From IMG/VR virus record IMGVR_UViG_3300028393_001967: a DNA stretch of 64,000 nt; one strand, 5' to 3'. The notes beneath the pieces were generated by a model that was not told where the DNA came from, searched no databases, and worked only from the letters and a program-made list of their open reading frames with translations. The DNA comes from a virus. Made by a program: the position numbers and the translations under genes. Below are positions 58,218 to 64,000 of this stretch, piece after piece (the first letter of the stretch is position 1; each line of letters begins with the position of its first letter).

Positions 58218-59051
58218 ATGATTAGTGTTCATTTAGGCGGAAGGATTGGAAATCATTTATGGATGTATGCTGTTGCTAGAACAGTAGCAGAGCATTGTGG
58301 TTTTGATTATCACATTCCTAGAGATTTTTTAGGTAAAGATATTTTTAATGCAGATCTTGGTGTAGAACATTGCCAAGTAGATCGAGTATATACTGAGCGC
58401 AATGGATGGGAGCAGTTTTACGAACCACAAATTTGGAACATTGAAGATAATACAAAACTTCACGGTTGGTGGCAAACTGAAAAATATATTATCAATAACA
58501 AACGCAACATTCAGCAATGGTTTACTCAGAAAGACCCTAACGTAGGGTTATTAGATCAACTTCAAATAGATGACGATACTTGTGTTATTAACTTCCGTGG
58601 AGAAGATTATAAAGGTGTTCATTTCTTATATTTGCCAGAACAGTATTATAGAGATTCAATTAATGAAATGCGTAAGATAAACCCCAATATGAAATTTGTG
58701 GTTATTACCAATGATGTTGCTGAAGCTAATAGACTATTCCCCGAATTCCCTGCATATCATTTTGGTCAAAAGGATGACTTTTATATTGTTAGTCAAGCCA
58801 AATATCTAATTATTGTAAACTCTACATTCAGCTGGTGGGCAGCTTGGCTCAATGATCGCAGTAAATTTACCATTGCTCCCAAATATTGGTTTAGATATAA
58901 TATTGATAACGGCTGGTGGTGCGGTAACGACATAATTACACACGGTTGGCATTATATGCAAAAGAGCGGCAAGTTGCAGTCGTCAAATGAATGTTTGCGT
59001 GAACAGTCCTTGCAGGATCTTAAAGACTTCCCGCACAATCGTGATTACTAA
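58218..59051 (+). CDS. GT11 alpha-1,2-fucosyltransferase-like protein
   Basis: GRIGN..+.YA, G.WQ.EKY, R..DY, NSTFSWWAAWL, P..WF. Confidence 0.85.
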   Translation: MISVHLGGRIGNHLWMYAVARTVAEHCGFDYHIPRDFLGKDIFNADLGVEHCQVDRVYTERNGWEQFYEPQIWNIEDNTKLHGWWQTEKYIINNKRNIQQWFTQKDPNVGLLDQLQIDDDTCVINFRGEDYKGVHFLYLPEQYYRDSINEMRKINPNMKFVVITNDVAEANRLFPEFPAYHFGQKDDFYIVSQAKYLIIVNSTFSWWAAWLNDRSKFTIAPKYWFRYNIDNGWWCGNDIITHGWHYMQKSGKLQSSNECLREQSLQDLKDFPHNRDY

Positions 59052-59191
59052 ATTGTTGTATTTTTACAACAAAAAGTGTTGACAACTGTACAGCACTCAT
59101 ATACAATAGAGACTTGTTAGTTAGAAAACACCAGTTTTTAACCAGTGTTTAGAAAAAAGACTAAATAAATTGTCAAAAACATAAAAAGTGC

Positions 59192-59220
59192 TTGACAACA
59201 GGCATAAATAAATGTACAAT
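59192..59220 (+). promoter_or_regulatory. Sigma70 promoter of the tRNA operon, with a TAAATA late motif in its spacer; a second TTGACA-17-TACAAT lies at ~59079
   Basis: TTGACA-17-TACAAT. Confidence 0.8.
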
Positions 59221-59274
59221 TAACACATACACTAGAAACAGTGTATAATTTTTAAAGAGAAAACGGAAACTAAA

Positions 59275-59418
59275 ATGCAATCGCAACAAAGACATTTACA
59301 ACTAGGGACAGCAAAACAGCTGGGCAATTGCCCCGCCGTATTGTGGTCTGCGTTTAATATGTCAAGTTATGATCGCACACCAGAGATTACGATCGGGGTC
59401 CGGGAGGACTTAATGTAA
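59275..59418 (+). CDS. Putative attenuator leader peptide, 47 aa, containing all 20 amino acids
   Basis: MQSQQRHLQLGTAKQLGNCPAVLWSAFNMSSYDRTPEITIGVREDLM; its 3' end is the 5' arm of the antiterminator. Confidence 0.65.
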   Translation: MQSQQRHLQLGTAKQLGNCPAVLWSAFNMSSYDRTPEITIGVREDLM

Positions 59419-59479
59419 ATGTAAGTTTACACTAACTCCACAGGACCCCAGGATTAAGAACCCTGGGGTTTTTTGTTTT
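59395..59479 (+). terminator. Attenuator: antiterminator (59395-59449) overlapping an intrinsic terminator (59445-59479)
   Basis: GGGGTCC/GGACCCC competes with ACCCCAGG/CCTGGGGT followed by TTTTTGTTTT. Confidence 0.75.
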
Positions 59480-59729
59480 AGCGTTGGTATAGTGTGAAGA
59501 ACAGGTAACGAGGACCTGGCCCCGCACTTAAAACATGGGGCAAACGGGCGGTGGCGAGGATGGCTTATCTTCTTGTAGATAAAAAAATTCGTCATATTAA
59601 AGCAAATTGTTGCACGGGCATCCCTTTGACGGGTGTTGTCGAAGCATAGCTAAACAGTTTGTTTTAATATACACATTGAGCTGACAGGGGCTGTGATGCC
59701 GCAGACAGTGTGTTTAATTAAATAAGTGT

Positions 59730-59945
59730 ATGTCTAATAAACAAAAAGAATATGCTGGTAGGCTATTAAAAATAGCATCCCAGCAGGCACATCACAAACT
59801 ACCCAATGGTTCAAAAGAAGAACTATTGATTTATCAACTGGGTTTTGTTGTTGGAATTTTGTCTAGATATGCACCCAATGATATTACCATTCATCAAGAC
59901 ATTAAAATTCTTGAAGAATATTTAGGTATCAATATTAAAGAATAA
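59730..59945 (+). CDS. Hypothetical protein
   Basis: TAAATA 5 nt upstream. Confidence 0.55.
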   Translation: MSNKQKEYAGRLLKIASQQAHHKLPNGSKEELLIYQLGFVVGILSRYAPNDITIHQDIKILEEYLGINIKE

Positions 59946-59947
59946 TT

Positions 59948-60036
59948 GGAGTGTGTTCCCTGTTGCCGGCTGTAACCCGGTAGCCTTTATTAAGCAGGGT
60001 GGCTGGCAAGTGGTTCGATTCCATCACGCTTCACCA
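59948..60036 (+). tRNA. Atypical tRNA-Tyr(GTA)-like gene lacking a normal D-arm
   Basis: Acceptor stem, anticodon loop CTGTAAC, long V-arm, TTCGA loop, CCA. Confidence 0.55.
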
Positions 60037-60042
60037 ATTTAC

Positions 60043-60118
60043 ATCGCGGTGGACTTCTGGGTTAGGTCACTAGGCTTTCATCCTAGCTAGGCGGGTTCGA
60101 TTCCCGTCCGCGATACCA
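60043..60118 (+). tRNA. tRNA-Glu(TTC)
   Basis: Cloverleaf, loop CTTTCAT, CCA. Confidence 0.85.
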
Positions 60119-60126
60119 AAGATAAT

Positions 60127-60212
60127 GGATGTGTAGGAAAACTGGTAACCCCAGAAGACTGTAAATCTTCCGCCTTACGGCACTGTTGGTTCGACTCCAA
60201 CCGCATCCACCA
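60127..60212 (+). tRNA. tRNA-Tyr(GTA)
   Basis: Loop CTGTAAA, V-arm, CCA. Confidence 0.9.
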
Positions 60213-60220
60213 AAAGTAAT

Positions 60221-60295
60221 GGGCTGATAGTGATAATGGGAGCACAGGGGCTTTGCAAGCCTTTAGTCGGGGTTCGATCCCCCGTCGGTCCACCA
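60221..60295 (+). tRNA. tRNA-Ala(TGC)
   Basis: Loop TTTGCAA, G3-U70, CCA. Confidence 0.9.
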
Positions 60296-60302
60296 AGTTT
60301 AT

Positions 60303-60387
60303 GGATAGTAGTGTCGCTGGGCGCGAGCTGGTTTGCTAAACCGGTCTACTGGAAACGGTAACAGTTCGATTCTGTTGCTATCCACCA
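60303..60387 (+). tRNA. tRNA-Ser(GCT)
   Basis: Loop TTGCTAA, V-arm, CCA. Confidence 0.8.
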
Positions 60388-60394
60388 AGTTAAT

Positions 60395-60469
60395 GGTCTC
60401 GTCATATAGTGGTTATTATACCGGCCTGTCTAGTCGGATATCGGGGTTCGATTCCCCGCGGGATCGCCA
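60395..60469 (+). tRNA. tRNA-Asp(GTC)
   Basis: Loop CTGTCTA, GCCA end. Confidence 0.9.
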
Positions 60470-60478
60470 AGTTTTTAT

Positions 60479-60553
60479 TGCCGCGTAACTCAGAGGCAGA
60501 GTAATCGCTTGATAAGCGATAAGTCGACATTTCGAAATTGTCCGTGGCAACCA
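60479..60553 (+). tRNA. tRNA-Ile(GAT)
   Basis: Loop TTGATAA, CCA. Confidence 0.85.
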
Positions 60554-60558
60554 ATTAT

Positions 60559-60634
60559 GCTCAGTTCGTCTATCGGTTTAGGACGCTGCCCTTTCAAGGC
60601 GGAAAGACGGGTTCGATTCCCGTACTGAGCACCA
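60559..60634 (+). tRNA. tRNA-Glu(TTC), second copy
   Basis: Loop CTTTCAA, CCA. Confidence 0.9.
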
Positions 60635-60644
60635 TGTTTTTTGT

Positions 60645-60718
60645 TGGCGCATTGTGTAATGGTAGCACAACAGACTTTGACTCTGTTAGTCTAGGTTCGA
60701 TCCCTAGTGCGCCTGCCA
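60645..60718 (+). tRNA. tRNA-Gln(TTG)
   Basis: Loop CTTTGAC, GCCA. Confidence 0.9.
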
Positions 60719-60725
60719 AGTTTAT

Positions 60726-60800
60726 ATCGCGTTCGTATAGTGGAAAATACACGATCCTACGAAGTTCGGAACGGTGGTTCGATTCCATCACGCGATACCA
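60726..60800 (+). tRNA. tRNA-Arg(ACG)
   Basis: Loop CTACGAA, CCA. Confidence 0.85.
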
Positions 60801-60809
60801 AAAATTTAT

Positions 60810-60885
60810 TCCATCTTAGTATTCTCGGTGAGTACCCCCGGCTGTTAACCGGAAGAGGTTGGTTCGAATCCAACAGATGGAGCCA
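60810..60885 (+). tRNA. tRNA-Asn(GTT)
   Basis: Loop CTGTTAA, GCCA. Confidence 0.9.
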
Positions 60886-60988
60886 ATATCGAAATACACT
60901 GATTGTTTAGGAGTGGGGGATACGAACCACGTTAAACAAATAAGTCTACAAAAGCCTAAGCAATAGCGCAACAGTATATTTCAATATT

Positions 60989-61063
60989 GGGGGCAGCAGT
61001 GGGCTGCGGCGTTCCCTTGCAAGGATCGTGACTAGAAGGATTCGATTTCCTCGGCCTCCACCA
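60989..61063 (+). tRNA. Divergent tRNA-Ala(TGC)-like gene
   Basis: G3-U70, loop CTTGCAA, irregular arms, CCA. Confidence 0.55.
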
Positions 61064-61072
61064 AAGATAAAT

Positions 61073-61149
61073 GCACTGGTACCAGAGAGGCCTAATGGCA
61101 TGGATTGCAAATCCGTTGTTCGGGGGTTCGAATCCCTCCCAGTGCTCCA
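61073..61149 (+). tRNA. tRNA-Cys(GCA)
   Basis: Loop TTGCAAA, U73, CCA. Confidence 0.9.
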
Positions 61150-61156
61150 AGTTTAT

Positions 61157-61230
61157 GCGGGTATGATGTAATGGTAACCTGAAACCTTGCCAAGGTTTAT
61201 TCGCGAGTTCGATTCTCGCTATCCGCTCCA
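61157..61230 (+). tRNA. tRNA-Gly(GCC)
   Basis: Loop TTGCCAA, TCCA. Confidence 0.9.
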
Positions 61231-61391
61231 ATTTTTGAGATAGACGATGGGATTGAGTCCCTTGTATTCTAGCGCATTGTGCTGATGCGTGACACACCAG
61301 TAGAACTGTACAAGGTCAATATAAACTCTCCCATTCGAGACAAGCCAATGAGTCCTTCAGAAAGATAGTTGGTCTCTCAAAAACCTATAAT

Positions 61392-61467
61392 GCAACCTTA
61401 GCAAATGTGGTCATTGCGGTCGCCTGAAGAGCGATGGAAGCAGGTTCGATCCCTGCAGGTTGCACCA
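61392..61467 (+). tRNA. tRNA-Phe(GAA)
   Basis: Loop CTGAAGA, CCA. Confidence 0.85.
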
Positions 61468-61472
61468 ATTAT

Positions 61473-61547
61473 GTATCCCTAGTGTTAACGGCAGCACGAC
61501 AGTCTCCAAAACTGCTAGTCAAGGTTCGAATCCTTGGGGGTATGCCA
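61473..61547 (+). tRNA. tRNA-Trp(CCA)
   Basis: Loop CTCCAAA, GCCA. Confidence 0.9.
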
Positions 61548-61554
61548 ATTTTAT

Positions 61555-61633
61555 CTGTGTGTAATGTCAGCCAGGTCAGACGGCTCGCCTTGGAAGTGAG
61601 AGGTCGCAGGTTCGAATCCTGCCACACAGACCA
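61555..61633 (+). tRNA. tRNA-Pro(TGG)
   Basis: Loop CTTGGAA, CCA. Confidence 0.9.
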
Positions 61634-61637
61634 ATTC

Positions 61638-61712
61638 GCCCTTTTATCCTTAATGGTAGAGGTCCTGTTTTGTAAGCAGGGTGTGTGGGTTCGATTCCTG
61701 CAAGGGGCACCA
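61638..61712 (+). tRNA. tRNA-Thr(TGT)
   Basis: Loop TTTGTAA, CCA. Confidence 0.9.
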
Positions 61713-61719
61713 AACAAAT

Positions 61720-61806
61720 GGAAGATAGGGACGCTGGGCGTCAACCGGTTTCGAAGTCCGGCCCACTCTGCAAAGGGTGACTGTTCGATTCAGTTATCTT
61801 CCTCCA
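61720..61806 (+). tRNA. tRNA-Ser(CGA)
   Basis: Loop TTCGAAG, V-arm, CCA. Confidence 0.75.
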
Positions 61807-61815
61807 ACAGTTTAT

Positions 61816-61905
61816 GGAAGCGTGGCAGAGCCCGGTTTATTGTACCTGACTTGAAATCAGACGTGTCGTAAGGCACCGTGAGTTCGAATCTCACCGCTTC
61901 CGCCA
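61816..61905 (+). tRNA. tRNA-Ser(TGA)
   Basis: Loop CTTGAAA, V-arm, GCCA. Confidence 0.9.
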
Positions 61906-61910
61906 TATAT

Positions 61911-62000
61911 GGAAAATAGAAGTGCTGGGCACTAAGCAACTTGGAAAGTTGTTCCACTTGTGATGAGCAGGTGACAGTTCGATTCTGTTATTTTCCTCCA
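61911..62000 (+). tRNA. tRNA-Ser(GGA)
   Basis: Loop TTGGAAA, V-arm, CCA. Confidence 0.8.
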
Positions 62001-62012
62001 CTAAATAAGTGT

Positions 62013-62756
62013 ATGAGAATACAGGAACTATTGGTTGAAACTGCCGAAGATGATCGAGCTATCTTGAGTCTTGCAGACGCCATTTACAATTATCTTCAGT
62101 CCTACGCTGATACAGAGTTGGACTATGATGAAACTGGCGTGATACACATAGGACGTATAGGTGATCTTTTTGATACTCCTATTGAGATACTGAATAGTGT
62201 GAGACTGGAAATAACACCAGATGAAGCTATAGTGGATTTGGCACGTAGACTATACGGTCGTGCTACTCCAGCAGATAGTCATTTTGGACAATGGGACCCT
62301 ATGAACAAGGCCATAAGCCTAAATGCTGATTATTTGAGTTCTAAACGTATGCGTAATGTTATTGCACACGAACTAAGACACGCTATGGATGATGCTAAAA
62401 GTCTAAATAGGGCTAATCAAAGTACACGTTATCGTACAGCAAGAAGTGTTCAGCATCAAGCAGATCAAGATGGCGCTTATCAAGCACAGCCTGCGGAGAT
62501 CAACGCTAGATTCGTTGAAGCATTAAATTTACTAGTGCCCGTGATTGCCAAACTGAGCACATTGGATTCTACTAGTTTTAGAACTAAGATGACTGCATAT
62601 CTAAACCGTGCATTTGAACTTAAAGACATTGCAGATTATTATCCAGAAAAAACAGCAAATGCTCACTATAGAAGACTGCTTCAAAGAGCTTGGGACTTTA
62701 TCAACAAAGAACTGGCTCACGTGAAATCCCAGTCCTCTGATACTGCTGACACATAA
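62013..62756 (+). CDS. HEXXH metallopeptidase-like late protein with capsid-targeting-like N-terminus
   Basis: MRIQELLVE after TAAATA; IAHELRHAMD; Y...P.EINAR. Confidence 0.7.
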   Translation: MRIQELLVETAEDDRAILSLADAIYNYLQSYADTELDYDETGVIHIGRIGDLFDTPIEILNSVRLEITPDEAIVDLARRLYGRATPADSHFGQWDPMNKAISLNADYLSSKRMRNVIAHELRHAMDDAKSLNRANQSTRYRTARSVQHQADQDGAYQAQPAEINARFVEALNLLVPVIAKLSTLDSTSFRTKMTAYLNRAFELKDIADYYPEKTANAHYRRLLQRAWDFINKELAHVKSQSSDTADT

Positions 62757-62761
62757 TTTTT

Positions 62762-62835
62762 AGGTCCTTAGTTTAATGGCAGAACACTGCTTTGACTTGG
62801 CGAAGATGAAAGTTCGATTCTTTCAGGACCTACCA
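62762..62835 (+). tRNA. tRNA-Val(GAC) with weak anticodon stem
   Basis: Acceptor AGGTCCT/AGGACCT, loop TTGACTT, CCA. Confidence 0.65.
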
Positions 62836-62891
62836 AACTCTCCCTTACATACGGAGTACAATAGGACAAGTAGTATGTAAACTAATACAGG

Positions 62892-62920
62892 TTGACAACT
62901 GACCATGATAGTTGTATAAT
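62892..62920 (+). promoter_or_regulatory. Consensus sigma70 promoter of the tRNA-Lys unit
   Basis: TTGACA-17-TATAAT. Confidence 0.85.
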
Positions 62921-62951
62921 AGATACTTAAACAAACAAAAGAGGTAACACA

Positions 62952-62981
62952 ATGAAACGTACTAAAGGTGCTAAAATGTAG
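62952..62981 (+). CDS. Lys-rich leader peptide MKRTKGAKM
   Basis: RBS GAGGT 6 nt upstream; three AAA codons; directly precedes two tRNA-Lys genes. Confidence 0.65.
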   Translation: MKRTKGAKM

Positions 62982-63046
62982 TGTCAACCGTTGACCCCGT
63001 ATATGGTCTAAGGTTGGCACTTTAAAGACAATTTAATATGCACAAC

Positions 63047-63121
63047 CCACTCTAAACTTTGAAGGTGAAGTCCTGCCTCTTAAGCAGAGAGAACTGAGTT
63101 CGAGTCTCAGAGAGTGGACCA
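63047..63121 (+). tRNA. tRNA-Lys(CTT)
   Basis: Acceptor CCACTCT/AGAGTGG, loop CTCTTAA, CCA. Confidence 0.85.
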
Positions 63122-63125
63122 TATA

Positions 63126-63200
63126 CGGGGTATAATTCAATGGCTAGAATAACCGGCTTTTACCCGGTCTATCAGGGTTCGAGTCCCTGTGCCCCGACCA
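63126..63200 (+). tRNA. tRNA-Lys(TTT)
   Basis: Acceptor CGGGGTA/TGCCCCG, loop CTTTTAC, CCA. Confidence 0.85.
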
Positions 63201-63326
63201 TATAAAAACACATTATACCAACTGACAATACCGTAACTGGGAAACTAAGGTTGTGTTTTAGTGTGTTTCTATATGGTCTTAACAGGAGTAATTACCCTGA
63301 TCCATAATCGGGAGTCATGACCCGAT

Positions 63327-63429
63327 GAACTCGTAGTGATGGAATGGTCAAACATAGGCCTCTTATAGGGCCGGTGGAGTTAAATGCCCACTTGCAGGTT
63401 TCGAAATCCTGCCTACAATGAGTTCGCCA
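63327..63429 (+). tRNA. Aberrant long-V-arm tRNA-like element (identity unclear)
   Basis: GAACTCG/TGAGTTC acceptor plus extra helix, TTCGAA T-loop, irregular anticodon loop, GCCA. Confidence 0.4.
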
Positions 63430-63520
63430 TATATAAACATACTAAAAATACCGTTATATCACAGTTGGTGCGTAGTGCCAACCAAGCGGACAGTTGAGTG
63501 ATAGTAGTATGTTTATATAT

Positions 63521-63596
63521 GGTGATGTAGCATAGCGGCCAATGCAGCTCCTTCATACGGAAAAGATCGTGAGTTCGAGTCTCACCATCACCACCA
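63521..63596 (+). tRNA. tRNA with CAT anticodon (Met or Ile2)
   Basis: Loop TTCATAC, CCA. Confidence 0.8.
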
Positions 63597-63654
63597 AGTT
63601 TCATAATGGTTTGAACTCTAAATAGATAAGTACAGTTATAACTCCAAGGCTAAT

Positions 63655-64000
63655 ATGCTGCACCTAATTACTTCTGACACAGATAATTTTTTCAACTTCT
63701 TAAATGAAGATCCTGTTCGACCTTCTATTCCTACAATGAGTAGAATTGGTGCTAATCGAGATATCTTTGTATATCGTGACGAAGAAGGTAGTGTTAAGGC
63801 AATCACTTGTGTAAGTTATCAAGACTTTGTTCCAACAACGGAACAAGAATTGTTTACAGTAAATACTGAACCCAGTGTTGCAGTGTTTTACACCATTTGG
63901 AGTTATGCTCCTGGTGCTGGCCGTTCGTTGATTTTTAAAGCAGTTGAACACATTAAGGAAAACAAGCCATCAATAAAAAGGTTTGTTACATTGAGTCCAC
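63655..64000 (+). CDS. GNAT/malonyl-CoA-decarboxylase-like protein (3' truncated)
   Basis: MLHLITS...AVFYTIWS..GAGR.LI...FVTLSP, open to the window end. Confidence 0.6.
   Translation, partial: MLHLITSDTDNFFNFLNEDPVRPSIPTMSRIGANRDIFVYRDEEGSVKAITCVSYQDFVPTTEQELFTVNTEPSVAVFYTIWSYAPGAGRSLIFKAVEHIKENKPSIKRFVTLSP

Noticed and set aside
978-58517. Numerous 60-170 aa antisense or out-of-frame ORFs nested in long genes
   Set aside because: Shadow ORFs arising from codon bias of the real genes; no independent signals.
60905-60965. Pistol-ribozyme-like words (CCACGTTAAA, GCCTAAGC)
   Set aside because: The required loop-to-3' pseudoknot is missing; CCTAAGC pairs instead with the enclosing GTTTAGG.
60087-61871. 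ORF-track ORFs across the tRNA array (60087, 60538, 60594, 60707, 60956, 61434, 61469; also 62823 and 63413)
   Set aside because: They are translations of tRNA genes or spacers and lack RBS or coding-like composition.
1-64000. Stop-codon reassignment as in some jumbo phages
   Set aside because: Conserved genes (nrdA, nrdB, clpX, cyclase) are full length in the standard code, and no suppressor-anticodon tRNA was seen.

Overview
This window is a 64-kb segment of a large, AT-rich, T4-like (probably jumbo) tailed phage genome that uses the standard genetic code. It begins inside a long tail-fibre-like ORF and continues through late/virion genes, an exonuclease, class Ia ribonucleotide reductase (nrdA, nrdB, glutaredoxin) and many host-takeover genes. 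These include ClpX, ClpS, Hsp20, bS21, an OMP, a D-Ala-D-Ala peptidase, heme oxygenase plus a ferredoxin-dependent bilin reductase, and a stand-alone HemA dimerisation-like domain. Further on are an array of small paralogues ending in FxL(R/K)WS, a DNA methyltransferase next to a putative nuclease, a curli-like module (CsgF, CsgG, curlin-repeat proteins, FecR), a PlcP/Agt-like lipid-remodelling pair, a CHASE2 adenylate cyclase, a glycosylation island and about 27 tRNA or tRNA-like genes. The strongest candidate for a new system is translation-sensing control of the phage tRNA genes. (1) A 47-codon leader ORF (59275-59418) uses all 20 amino acids and 37 different codons and overlaps a mutually exclusive antiterminator/terminator in front of the main tRNA array. 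(2) A 9-codon, Lys-rich leader (62952-62981) is coupled to a hairpin that hides a 15-nt sequence complementary to the junction of the two tRNA-Lys genes just downstream. Both are arranged so that ribosome stalling would switch phage tRNA supply on, for example after host anticodon-nuclease defence. The sequence elements are visible directly; the mechanism is inferred. All product calls come from motif recognition by eye, with no database searches.
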